Part shown: piece by piece, positions 1 through 14,200 of the stretch
How positions within the stretch are numbered: position 1 is the stretch's first letter
How the letters are laid out: the number at the start of each line of letters is the position of its first letter
NCBI RefSeq assembly: GCF_964355755.1
Contig: NC_092671.1
Coordinates: 6,572,001 to 6,636,000, forward strand
Reading direction: 5' to 3'
DNA: 64,000 nt
From: Antedon mediterranea
Lineage: Eukaryota; Animalia; Echinodermata
The notes under the pieces: model-generated
Told to the model about the DNA's origin: nothing
What the model saw: the letters and a program-made list of their open reading frames with translations, nothing else
Database searches by the model: none
Position numbers and translations under genes: made by a program

Positions 1-184
1 AAAATTATATTTACACTTAATCAACATGATAGTTGTAGTACTGCTAATTTTGTACTGTAACCATGTGGTATGTACACAAACACATACTGTATATTATAGT
101 GTAACATCATAGTAGTCCTGTCCTGTTTACTGTCATATTTACCTCAGTGATTTTATTTATAGGAAATCCCAATCTAGTTCTAGT

Positions 185-919
185 GGGTATTGCTAAACAC
201 CGCAAACCCCGTAAACCCCCGCAAACCTCCAAAAAAACATAGCAAACCCCATCGAACCAACATAAAAGTGATTGAATCATGTAGTGTACAACCCACTGGG
301 TATATCAATGTAAAAAAAAAATTAAATTTCTATTGTTAACAACTTATTTTTGGGGTAAAACATCATTTTTGGGTCAAAAATGATTGCTAAACCCCGCAAA
401 CCTCCAAAAAAATATAGCAAACCCCACCGAACCAACATAAAAGTGATTGAATCATGACTGTAGTGTACAACCCACTGGGTATATCTATGTAAAAAAAAAA
501 AATTAAATTTCTACTGTTAACTACTTATTTTTGGGGTAAAACATCATTTTTTGGTCAAAAATGATTGCTAATTTTTAACCAAAAAATGTTTTATCCCCAA
601 AAAAGTAGTTAACAGTAGAAATTTAATAATTTATATACCCAGTGGGTCGTACACTACATTATTCAATCACTTTTATGTTGGTTCGATGGGGTTTGCTATG
701 GTTTTTTTTTAGGTTTGCGGGGTTTAGCAATCATTTTTGACCAAAAAATGATGTTTTACCCCAAAAATAAGTTGTTAACAGTAGAAATTTAATTTTTTTT
801 TTACATTGATATACCCAGTGGGTTGTACACTACATGATTCAATCACTTTTATGTTGGTTCGGTGGGGTTTGCTATGTTTTTTTGGAGGTTTGCAGGGTTT
901 GCGGTGTTTAGCAATACCC
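185..919. mobile_element. Non-autonomous foldback DNA transposon, 735 bp, 8-bp TSD
   Basis: Termini GGGTATTGCTAAACACCGCAAACC / GGTTTGCGGTGTTTAGCAATACCC; GTTCTAGT at 177-184 and 920-927; arms built from repeated ~175-180 bp subunits. Confidence 0.85.
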
Positions 920-934
920 GTTCTAGTAGATGTA

Positions 935-1090
935 CCCTATCAAACTAGTTTGAAAAAAAAAAGTATATGCCCAAATACTGTATGGTGGTAGTGATGTGCC
1001 CAAACATGGTAGTAATAGAACAACATCATCATGTCCATATATGGGCACATCACATTTTGTTGTCATTTTTTTTTGATAGTGTACTTAAGA
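935..1090. mobile_element. Harbinger-type MITE family 1, degenerate copy
   Basis: CTATCAAACTAGTTTGA...CCATATATGGGCACATCACA...TTTGATAGTGTA. Confidence 0.6.
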
Positions 1091-2299
1091 TGAACTAGAT
1101 GTCTAGTATACACATCTACAGTTCTGTACCTTGTGTGCATTTCAGAAAGAGTAGGGAGTTATCCTGGTGCACTGTTTCATCTCAAATCCTCCCCTGTCGT
1201 TAACGCTAACTGCAATCAATGAAAAATATTATTATCACCCAAAATGCAATGCTCTCCAGCGGTCAAACATTGAAGAGTGACTCGCTGTCAACGGCGGACA
1301 TTAAAATAACCGTTATTTTGCGTTGAAACTAAAAGTTGTAAAGAGACAAGCGGTTAAATGGACTTCCAACATCGAATCGTTTCTGTTATTTTTAGGCTGC
1401 CGTGCTTTAACTGGTTAATTGTAAATTTGTCCTGGTTTCTGCTACAAAGATATTGGGGGTACAGTAATTTATTTGTGCATGGTGTGGTTATTGGTTATTT
1501 TTTCGCAGCAAAAACCAGCCCTAATACTACAGTAGAATGACAGTATTGCAGTAATGTTAGTATTCAATAGGAATACTGTAAGTAATTTAACATAGGAAAA
1601 TAGAAATAAATGAAATAACAAACTAATCAACTTGGCAATTAATCAGTTAGGTTTTTGGAATTGATAATTGTACTGTAAGGCATAATTTGTATAACTAATT
1701 ATTTTTATTATAAATTCACCTGAGGGAAATTAACTTACAAATTGAATTTTATTGTCTACAGTACAGTTTTCTTAAATAAATTAAAATGTTTATTTCAATA
1801 AATACATCATTTAAAAAATAAAAGTATTGCAAATAACATAGTTAACAGTTTAGTTTTATTAGAAAGTTACAATTTAAAATGTGATTCCAGAACCATCATG
1901 TTCAGTATGTTTTTCAATTAAAACACATCAGCTAATATTTGTGGTGTATTTTTTAATTATAAGATCATATAAAATGTTCAGCATTGATTTTTCATACAAT
2001 GCCCATTCATCATAAACTTGATTCAATTAAAATATTCAATTACGTACAGTATTACCACCAGACTGCAAAAGCAGATAACGCAGTATTGGCCGAAAAAAAG
2101 CAATCAAAGTATATGGATAATAAGAAATACATTAAAAAAAAGCTAAAATCAGCCATGCATGACATATTGACAGATAGCCAATTCACTGTTCCTATAATAA
2201 AAGTTGTAGTATAATGGACAAATAGGAGTTGTTGTGTGTATAGTAAATTGTATTTTGTAGGTTTAGTATTTTCAATTCATGATATCTCTTTTCTTTCAG

Positions 2300-5200
2300 G
2301 CCGTAAAAAGAAACCATCAATAATCAAGCCTAAACCAGATTTAGATCAAGTAAGTTTTACTTTTATAATTAAAGTCGTACCTTTTGTTTATATTTTATGG
2401 ATTTTCATTTATGTGGTTTAAAAACTTCTCTTTAGGTTCCATCTGATGAAGAGAAAATGTCTACAAGAAGAAGAGGAAGACCAAGAAAAAAGCAAGTTCA
2501 AATTTATTGAATTATTAAATCTAATCTATTAATTTAATTAATCATAATTCCCATTTATTGTATAACTAATATTTCCTGCTATTCTACTGTATAAATTTTA
2601 CTGATGAATTTAGTCTTTTGTTTGTTTACTTAGTACTTGTACAGTATTGTCAGGCCTTGTATTTTTAAAATGATAGGTGTGCTACAAATTGCACTCCTCA
2701 ATACATTCAGGGATTCTGTAGGTGTGCCGTTTGTATTTTGGTGTGTAGAAGTTTACCAAATTTAAGTGTGTTGTAAATCACACTCCTCAAGGGCTGTTTT
2801 AGCACTCGCTCACCTCAAAAGAAAAGGCCTGCATTGTAATATTTTATGGGAGCGAATGCAAAGCAAAGCATAGTAGATACACAAGTTTTCAGTCATATTT
2901 TTATTTCATCTATAATTAAACAAAACCTTTTAACAAACAGTAATTTGTCCTAGATTTTTTAATGATGATAATCAATTATATATTAATCAAAATTTGTATT
3001 TGTTTTATAGGCTTGATTCCTACTCGTGTAGATTGATCAGCGGTGGGGAAGACGACATAGGGGAAGCCCTAACACCAGCTTCTAGTACAGGATCTCTATC
3101 TACAGACCTACCGATATCAGCTCCTGATAGTCATGATGACAACCAGCATGATGACGACTTATTGTTAGATCCTACAGACATTAAAATGGATGATGATTTG
3201 ATGATGGACAATACAGACATAGATCGTAAAATGAGTGATGTTGATATGATGTGTGATATGCCAAATCAAGGCTATGAAAGGAGTCTAGTGGATGATATGA
3301 AACCGACTGGTTCGCTCTCTGTTGATGAATCGGACCCGTAAGTTGCTCAATCAAATTATAATGTTGCTTCTTTTGCATTTTATTAGTTTATTTGCGAATT
3401 GTCAGTTCTGCTTTTAAATATTACAATGTTATCTTCTGCATTGTGTAAGAAAGTGTATTTAAACGCTTTTTATTGATTAATCTATTATACAACTTTTACA
3501 CTACAGAGCTAATAACAACCCTATGTTGTGTCCGATAAATTTTACTTTTACATCTACTTCCCACTTAAGTTCTTGAAAGAAAGCAATGTGAAGTTAGGAA
3601 TTTTATCAAATTCAGCGCAAGGAGTTAAGAAAGAAAACATTCCAATCTTCTACAATTAGTATCAAAGTGTATTGACTGATATAACATTAGTAAACAAGAC
3701 TGAATTAATTATAGACTACTTGAGTATAGTTTTAAAATGAATACATTAATATGCCAGATATATTGATGTACAGTAACATATTGACCATGCTTTAATTTCA
3801 GATCTGAGCCAGTGTGTTCATTATGTTGCTGTGGTGAGAAGAGTTTACTAGGCCAAGGGGATCTCCTTAGGTTTGATCCTACACCAGGTTTTAACCCGTT
3901 TAAGAAAATTGTTCCCCGTCGTAAGACGAGTGAAGATGACTCGATGTACGTACCCAGTGAGAAAAGCCCCAAGAATGTCACATCAAGAAGGGTAAAAGGT
4001 CTAGCAAAAACCAGGTATGTTGTCATTTTTCACAATTCATTTTAATGCATGTAAGTCCTGATTCATGTACATTCTTGCTACACATGTATTTATTTTTTGG
4101 TCTAACAAATAACTGTAAAATGTATACATATATTTATTGTCGTGTAATATATTTATAATAGATTTGGTATATGAAAAAAATTGTGTGTTAAATGTTTTTT
4201 AAACTAGCATTTAATTTATTGATAGCATTGATTTAAGTGTACTGATGTTTGTCTACAGGGAAAGTAGCCGGTCTCCAAGAGGGAGTAATCCAGCCATTGT
4301 TGATAGAGCAATGCCTGGGGTTGAGTTTGATGAGTTAAGTTTAGTCGGCTATGCAGATGAGCCAGATGTAAACCATGTCTTTGAACCATCAGGTAACACC
4401 TAACATACATTTGTTTCTAGTAATTGATTATAATATAATATATTATGGAAAATAAATAAATATTTTGCCTATTACACCTAGAATAAACATTTAGTTTGCA
4501 GTTAATTAAAAAGCTTATTTTTTATTTTATAAGTTTTCTTGATTATTTCCATTACATTAAATGAAACTTTATTTTACTTCATTTGTCAAAATATTTGACA
4601 TTGATTGTGTAAAAAAAAAATGTAAGTTTTTCTACCCACAGTAAATAATTAATGAAATTAATAATTAAACCATGGTTGTTTTTTTTCCCAAGGTCATTGT
4701 ACTGCCCATCATTGCTGTGCTGCCTGGTCAGAAAATGTTTGCCAAAATGAAAACTTTCAACTGCTTAATGTTGACAAAGCTGTGTTCGGTGGACTCACAC
4801 AACGCTGCTCGTATTGTAGGCGGTTTGGCGCAACAATTAAGTGTCGGGTATTGAGGTGCACCAAGTTTTACCACTACCCATGTGCAGCAAGTTGTGGAGC
4901 CTTCCAGGTAAATGTTTAAATTTTGACATTGAAGCTTAATTACTAATACTATGGTCCTGAGTTCACATTACCTGAAATACTTATTTTAAAACAGCATGGG
5001 TTATTTCAATCCCATAATGTAATCATGAGTAAACATATATGGTTGCATGCATTCAGAAAACTTAGACCAGGCATCGTGAGGAATAGTAAAACATTAGCTA
5101 CCCACAAGTCTGAGACCTAAAGTGTGCACAGTTATCAGTATTAGCTAGGGTTGAATCAGTGTCATAATTTAAATGAGTATGGAAATCCGTTCATTTTCAC

Positions 5201-8200
5201 ATTTATTCAGCATTGTTGTATAATAAAAAAAATCCATGCAACTTTCTTTCTTCAGTGATATGAGCTAAAGAAAGAAAGTTGCATGGATCTTTTCTGTAGT
5301 TTTAAGATCTTTTACAAAAAAAAAAAAAAAAAAAAATAAGATGCACATATTTAAAAACATTAGTGTAATCATTACATTTTTTTTCAGGATATCAAAACTA
5401 TGTCTTTACTTTGTCTCAACCATCTGGATCAAGCAGAAGATTTAGGTAAGTAGGCAACTTGGGTTTATATATTGTTTAATATATTCAATTCAAATATCAA
5501 ATCAAATTAGACAATAACACATACATCACACATTCTAGGCTCCTACAGCGAACTCGGTATGTCAATATTTATAATATTTACATGGTTATTCAAACCAAAA
5601 CGGATTAGACTTATCTATAAATAGTAACAAAACACTAACTACCATTTTTCTTTTCATTTTATACTTATTTAGTTGATGAAGAAGAACTAAGTTGTGTCTT
5701 TTGTAGAGCAGCTGGTAACATAATAGAAATGTTGTTTTGCACAAGTTGTGGGCAACACTATCATGGGAATTGTCTTGACCCTCCTGTTCCTATTAATGCT
5801 GTTGTGCGTGCTGGTTGGCAGTGCCCTGACTGCAAGATATGTCAAACTTGCAGGTATGATTCTTCACAGTTTTTAAAATATTAATGCTTTTTTTTTTCAT
5901 TCATATCTTGAACATTTATTTTGATCATGATGACATAAGATTATAAGGAGATATATTCCATATCTCCCCACTTCCTTCCGACGATGTCACAATGATTTTC
6001 TTTTTCAATGTCTTCTATTTTTAACTGCAATTTTATCTCCAATTTTTGTATTTAAGAAACAACAATCTCCTCTGTGTTCCCTTTAGTAGGGGCAATGTAC
6101 TTAGAAATGGTTACATTAGTAGAAGAAGTTTATCTTATAATAGTTTATTTAGCCCAGGCCCATCACTCATTACCATGTTGTAAGTGGCAGATTTGTCCCT
6201 GCTGTTGTTTTTGGTTTTAAAAATAAAATTAAAATTAAAATAAAAAACATAAGTACAAAGTATATAATGAATAAAAGGAGCATTATTATCATGGGCCCTA
6301 GTTAAAAATGAAACGTGTCTTACTATGACCCAAAACAAAGATCCACAAATATATTAAGCTTAAACTAAATGATAAATATGTATGTCTCCATGTACTGAAA
6401 ATTATTATATTGTGTAAGTTTTTTTTTGTATTCAATATTAAAAGGTCTTAGTCTAGCCAATTTTATAATAGGAAATCACATTCATTTTTTGCATTCTTCT
6501 ATTTCTAAATGATTTCTCTAAATACATTATTTGGCTAGCTAAACATTTTTTTTATATGACTGTTTGTCATGGTTTGTCCAGGGAAATAAATCTTATCGCA
6601 ATGATGATAATGACGCATTTAATTTATGGTTAATATCAATAATTATTTTGTGGGTTTGCTCCTTTTTCATTTCAGGCAACCTGGAGATGACAACAAAATC
6701 CTATTGTGCGATTCTTGTGACAAAGGCTATCACACATTCTGTCTGAAGCCGGCTATGACTACAATTCCTAAACATGGCTGGAAGTGTAAGGTAAGAATTA
6801 CAACAAGTTTTATTGGCTACACTACACGATAGACCAGTTTGTAATGGTAACATAGATTTTAACACTGTCTCTATAATGCAGCTATATCTCACCTGTACTG
6901 CCACGTTAAAACTAGAAAATACTATGTATTTAAATTTTGGTCGACTTCCAGACATTTATAAAAAAAAAATTCAAACGATTGGCTGCCATCCAATTTAAGA
7001 ATATATCCATGAATTTTAGGTTAAGAAACTGTTTCTTGGGAATGATTATTTTAATTCCAACTTCAGGGAGTTACACTTAATATTGCATTTCTGTTTAGAC
7101 TAGAAATTTGAAATAGTCTGCACAGTTAACACAAAAGATTTTTTATTCCAATTTTTTTATAATAGAAACAAAAACATTCATTTCAATTTTAGAATTGTCG
7201 GGTTTGTGGTGACTGTGGTTCTAGAACTCCAGGAAGTGGGCCCAGCTCACGATGGCATAGGAATTACTCAGTGTGTGATAGTTGTTATCAGCAGCGTAAT
7301 AAAGGTCTATATTGCCCGATATGTGGGAAGGCCTATAGACAACATGCAACTCATAAACTTATGGTACAATGTGATCGCTGTACAAGGTTAGTACAAGAGA
7401 TTATATGTAGAAATTCTTTCCTTATGGGAAATTAGAGGGAGTAGTTGATACGGTGATGCTATTGAGCCTTACTATGAAAGAATAGTGTTCTGTTTTCTCT
7501 TAGTAATTGCATTGTTCATATGAATTGCAATATAAATGTAAATTAAACTAAAAAGATTTATTAAAATGACCTAAATATTATTCACCTTATATCTGAGAAT
7601 CCTGTTAAGTTTAGTTAACCAGTTTTATAAATTGTAAACGTCATTTATCATTCCTTAGATATGTGCATGCAGAGTGTGACTCTAATGATGTAATAAGTGC
7701 TTATCAAAAGGCCAAAAGCTGCGGTCAACCAAGCAACTACTTCTGTCCTGATTGCCGCAGCAAGCCATCACCCTTCTTGTCATCATCTCATGTAAGTTAT
7801 TTATCTTAAAGCTATGTCAAATTATGGTTGTGTGAACTAAGTGTTTTAATTAAATTGAGTGATATAATATACTTAGCTTTGTCTACACTATCAAACTAGT
7901 TTGAAAAAGTGTGATGTGACCAAATATGGTAGTGATTTGCTTAAATATGGTAGTGATATGCTTAAATATGGTAGTGATATGACATCATATCCATATTGGG
8001 CACATCACATTAAAAAAATTATATTATGACTATAATGGGTCACAGCATTGGTACCTTAATACCCTCTTCTATGAATATATTTTTTTTTATATCCTCTCTA
8101 TACACATTAATTAGCGAGTTACCAACTGCTGAATGAGTTCTAGTAAGTTATATAACTTTCCATATAATATAATGATAATTTATTTTTTTAGAATTCATTG

Positions 8201-11200
8201 TTATCAGAGGATGTAAATTCTGGAACAGATACAGAACCAGAAACATATACACAAGCAGCACAAAAAGAAACCCACTGTATGTATAAACACGTTTTGTCGC
8301 AGGTTTAAATATCTATCTACAAGAAACATTTGTGTATCGTTTCTTTCTAAGTTTTATCTAAAATTAAAATATTATATTTAATCTTATATGTCGCTGTCTT
8401 TCTAATTTTTGTTTTTGGTTTTGTAACGGTGCATCATGCATATAGTATAATAATTCCTTCTGTTTTCAATTGTAATTCAGTATCAGTAACTGCTGTGAGG
8501 ACCAGTTCAAGACACATCTGCCCAAGGATATCATTAGATAGCGTACAGTTTGATGACAACATGGATATATCTCAAGATCCTTTGTTAGGCTCACCAACAG
8601 AAGACATTCAAGCCAGTATGGATCTTGGATTTATACCTGATTATCATACGCTTTCCATACAGGTTTGTGGATTACTGTAGTTTATCTTATTTCCATTAAT
8701 CAATAATAGAACTTACCCCTATTTAGGTTACCCCTTCAGGACCCATGTTTCTCATGAATAAATGACCCCTCCCTTGTTCATTTCAGGGGAATGTTCTCCC
8801 TTAATAGTGGTGTCCTTTTTATAGGTATTTCAAAAGGAAGGATCCTACTATATATTCATTTTCTAGGTTTCGTTTGCAGAACTTATCATTTTCATTCTTT
8901 TCCCTCAAAAATACAAATTAAATAAATAACACATTTTCCAATATGATTTAAATAACATAGATGGTTATTTTAGATTTGCTCTTATTAATATTCTAGTTTA
9001 AATTATTTAAGATAAAAAAGTGAAAGATTGATTCATCTATGAAGTGAAAGATTCATTTATTTTGAATAAGTGGGTATTTATCATTCAGTGCAAGTAACAA
9101 ATTATAGCATTTCAACATCTGTAAAATATAAATATGAGAATATATAATATATGAATGTTTGAAATTGTTTATAAAATATGTCTGTGTTGCCTTGATATAC
9201 TAATATGTTAGTCTTGGCCTGTTAGTTTAATACACAATAAACTGTGAGTCACAAAGTGATGCTTGTACAGCGAGCAGGAAACCATCAATTATGCTAAAAC
9301 TTAGCATAACTTTAATACCAGCATGTAGTCTGCTTACTGGTAGTAGCTTTAAATTAAAGTATAAAGATAATAAATTTAACTTGAATCTTTAATATAATTG
9401 AACTGTCATCTTTAATAATTGAACTAAAGAAAAATCACCTATAAATATTAGAAGATAATAAACTGTTTAAAGCAGTAGTTGATTTAAATTTATTTTTACT
9501 TCATAGGAGGAAGCATTTGGACCTTGTTCTACACCGTCTTTGCAGGCCCAGCACAGTGCTGTATTGGGTGCATCTTCCTTCTTTCCGTCTTTAGGCAAGC
9601 CAAGTAAGAAAAAGATTGGAGCTGGTAGGCCAAGGGTAAGTTTTGTTTACTTTTTACATGAACAACACTAGACTAAACAAAACAAAAGACTGCCCTTTGC
9701 AAAAAAACCGTATACGAACGTATACGATTTACATACGTTTCGTATATGTTTCGTATAGGAAGTCCACTTCGTATACGAAACGTATACGTCAATTCGGAAG
9801 TTCCTGCCCGCATAATAAACACATACGAACCGTATACGATCATTTATAAACAATTTCCTAATTATACGCTCCGTATACGATCCGTATATGATCCGTATAC
9901 GACGACGCGTGTATACAAACTGCATCGTATTACCAAGCGGAAAGGGACTGTCCCTCTTTTTACAAGACGACGATAGCATACGTTTACGATCGCAGGAGCA
10001 TCTTGACTTCAATAATTAATGTACAATTTGGTTTTTTTTTCAGTCGGTATATGTACATTAAATTCCATATGATGATTTAGTTCATAGTTTTCGCGAATGA
10101 AAATTTGGTGCTGTATTTTACTAGACGTTGTTTTTCTAGCAAGCATAAAAACCCACCCAGGCTGTTCTGTCTTGTTTATCCCCTCTGCTATTTCTTTACC
10201 TTTTGTATGTTCCATTAATAAGTGAATCACACAAAATGTGCTGTTATTAATTTGAAAGTGCTTTAAATAATATTAATGTACTTGGAAATAAATAAGTAAA
10301 TATTAAATTGGGCCCGCAGTATATTAAATTTAAAACGAGTAAGTAAAATCCATAAATTACGATTTAATAAAAATGTAGAATACATGTGGCTCCCTATTAT
10401 ATATATGGAATGATCCAAATAAATTCGCCCAAAACGTGCCTGTGTTATGTGCGCTGCATGCATGCATCACATGGATGGATCAGATTTCATTCATTTTCAA
10501 TCATCATTGTTGATTTTTTGGCTACGGGTTTTGACTCACCATAAAAAAAAGAAAAAAAGAAGGGATGTAGGCCTAGTTACGGCCCAGGTAGATAGTAAAT
10601 TCGATGACTTCTAGCTAGCTAGGCTATAGGCATAATTGTAATTGTATATATCGAATATGCAGTATATAGCTACTGCAGCAGCTCCAGTAAACAAAGAGTT
10701 AACTAGGCCTGGGGAAAATACGCCAAGGAAAAGAGTCTGTGGTACACTCATTGTGAAAATAAGCTAGCTAGCTTTCCACATATATTAGATTTGGTTATAT
10801 TGTATTATTTTAATAACCTACGTCTAGTAGTATATCAACAACGGTGAAATGGAAATACGATGCATTATGGATATCATCGTTGCAGAGTTAGGGGTGCCAA
10901 CAAAACATTCAACAGCCAGAAATACAAAAAAGAAGCTCCGACGTTTTTATTTAGAGCATTTTACTATTTTAGGCATACAGAACTAATTGCTGTAAATTTC
11001 CTAGAGTTGTCACTGATAAATACAATAACCTACATATAACTTAAAAAATCCAAATGATAAATTGTACGCGAACGCAGTAAAACCAACCAGTTAAATGTTT
11101 GTTAAATAATTATTTTACATCTCCCTGGTAAAATGGTACCCTACGCCCCCATTTTTATGCCTCCATCATTGATAATCCCCCTCTGTACACACGCCTGCCG

Positions 11201-14200
11201 GCTATTTGTTTATCATTTTAATGAATGTAGTACGAGTCTAACTCCAAATAAAGATATAGAACACATTTTAAGAATTCAAAGTGTTGATCTTTTTTAAGAA
11301 TCTGATATATACCATGAATCATCTTTTTACATAATATACAGCATAAGCATGTACAATCTAATTTAATTGTCACACAATTGAATTAACAAAGGACAAGGAT
11401 TTCAAATAAACTGTTACAAATAAACAATTATTAATGAAATAGTTGGGGTATTGTTGGGTCCATGGGAAATCAACAATGTTTAGTAGACTTATTTAATTTG
11501 TTATTTAAAGTTGAGGGTAGTTATTTTTTAAACAATTATTGGAATACCATGAAAATAAAGAAAGATATGTTTTATGATTTCTTAATCACCAAGCAGAAAT
11601 AATGAAAGCAATTCAATCTGTTCGCTACCGGGAATAAATTGAGATTCGATATAATTGTATTTACTATCACCATTAATTGTATTTTTTTTATTCATATATA
11701 ATTCATAATTCATACAATTTATATATATTCAAAATCCGAATGTATTCATCGTTAAATAATAATTATTATAATGACCTTACTTCTGTTTTGGGTCATGGTT
11801 TTCCTCTTCGGCATTGCCGAATTATTGTTACTCCATCTCCATTGCTACAACACACGTCGCGGAATAATATCGCTTAACATAACGATGTAATTTGACCACC
11901 CAAAGCTCGCACGTGGCGTGACGAATTGAGAACGACGAACCCGATGATTCACCCGATGATATGCATGATTGGCCACCAGGGAGCCGAGTCGACCACGAGT
12001 TGGAACTGTAGGCAACCGAGCGACGCTCGGTCGTCGTCGGCGGCTGCACTTACTGACCTCTGTCATTTTTTATAAAGGAAAACTGCAAACAACATCGTCG
12101 ATTTGTGAAAATGGCCCCTTGTTTTTTCTAGGCCTACCTAGTAGTATACCTGTTTAGCGTACTTTATTTATTTGCGAAAAACGTTGTTTGAATTTTATCG
12201 GTAGCCTAGGCTATCTAATAAATATAGAAATAAATATGATCTTATGTTCTAGCTCCTACTACTTATTAATAATTAATACTACTAGACTAGGCCTATCTAA
12301 TGGCTGGTGCTAGCTAGAGGCCTAGCCCTAGGCCAGAGCCTACGTACGTATTTGTTGTAATGACAATTTAAATGTTTTATTTAGCTCTATTCTACTCATT
12401 ACTGCTATTATAATTTATAAAATGGCCTAGTTTGTTCGTATATGATCCGTATACGTCCCGTATACGATATTCTTATCATGAATAAACAACGTATACGTTA
12501 CGTATGCTAAACGTATACGACGCAAACTCTTTGTGGAGCAACAGAGTGGAAATAATGTAAACAGTGAAATCGTATACGATCCGTATACGTCGTATACGTT
12601 TTCAGCGTATACGGATCGTATACGGCTTTTTTGCAAAGGGTGATGATACAAAACTTATTTTAACTTTATTAATTAACTGATTAAAAGACAAAGGCTAAAT
12701 GTGAGGTGATATATATAATAATCAGGGTATCTATTAAGTTTTTGAGCCGGTTTTAGACTCGGAAAATTATTTTAATGAGTGTCGGGAGTTCACCCTCTAG
12801 CCAATATGTAAGCTCTATTCTTAAAACCTTTTTTTAAACATGTATACAAATTATCCAGGGGATTGGTAGCCTCGAATTGATTTGTCAACTCATTATATAA
12901 AAAACAGTCATCATTGCTAACTAAAAAAATCCTGTGTTTGTATTTCTTTAGGGCAAAGGCAATTTGGGAATAGCGGGACGAAAACGATCAAAACCAGGAC
13001 CAACCGGAGCCAAACGTGGACCGAAACCAAAATTAAAATTAGGAATGTACTCCTCGGGTTTACAATCTGTAAGTCATATGTTCAAATTTTTAATACATTT
13101 TTTTCGATGTAACTGAAAGTTCTGAGCACTATTTACAGATGTTTGTATAAGAGTATTTTATTTAGCGACTTGGACATATATGTTATGCTTTTAAAACTGG
13201 ATAAACAGTTAGCCATTCTCCTTCTAATGAATAACCAAATCTGGAAGTATTGGTCTTTGAACACCCCTCAAAAACAATGGTGGCGGCAGCTCATCCTTCC
13301 AGGGTAATCATAATTTCTTTTGGGACTAAGACGGCATTTTTATCAACTATTTATTTTATAGATTGGTCCATCTTCAAATCAAGAAGTTTTAGGTCGGCGG
13401 AAAGATGAAGATGAAGAAGATTCAAACATGCATACAACAGTTGTGCTCTTCTCAACAGAAGACAAATATACATATTCACAAGTTAGTTACATTTAATATA
13501 TTTAAATGATGGTTCCTAAAATATATTTATTTATTAATAAATGTCAAACTTTGGTTTATTTTATCTTTCCAAAGTTTGTTACTTTAACACTTTAAAGGAA
13601 ATATACCTGTACAGTATTCCAACTATACGTACTAGGAAAAGGTTGATCAAGTTTTTTATTTATTCATAATTTATACTCTTTTATAGGATATGTGTGTAAG
13701 TTGTGGTAGTTTTGGAAAAGGTGCAGAAGGTCGCTTATTATCATGTTCACAGTGTGGCCAATGTTACCATCCTTATTGTGTCAACATTAGAGTAAGTATT
13801 GAATTGTATCAATTTGAACATTATTATGTTTCTTCATCATCCACTTTGATAGTGACTGACACAGACAGTGGATCGACTGCAGTAGACCACACTTCTGGAA
13901 CCTAGTCACAATTGATTTTAATATCTTTTGGTGGGTTCCATCTACCCAAATTTAGAATTTCAGGTCATGTCTGCAATAGAACCCATCCCTTTGAGACTCC
14001 CTATTAGAGGACACATTTGCATAATATGTTTGTCCCCCTACTAAGGGGACACTTTGTTAATCCCTTGATTGTAGTTGTAACTCCAATTTAGTCAATAAAG
14101 GTTTTGTCAATTTTAAGTTATAATGATTTTGCAGATAACTAAAGTAGTGCTGTCTAAAGGTTGGCGTTGCTTGGATTGTACTGTTTGCGAAGGTTGTGGT

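Noticed and set aside
5960-6110. Possible RTE endonuclease fragment on the minus strand (YIAPT...GD)
   Set aside because: Too short and degenerate to support without an alignment.
11828-12157. Short overlapping ORFs inside the CMC element as a transposase or captured gene
   Set aside because: No recognisable motifs; local GC richness explains the open frames.
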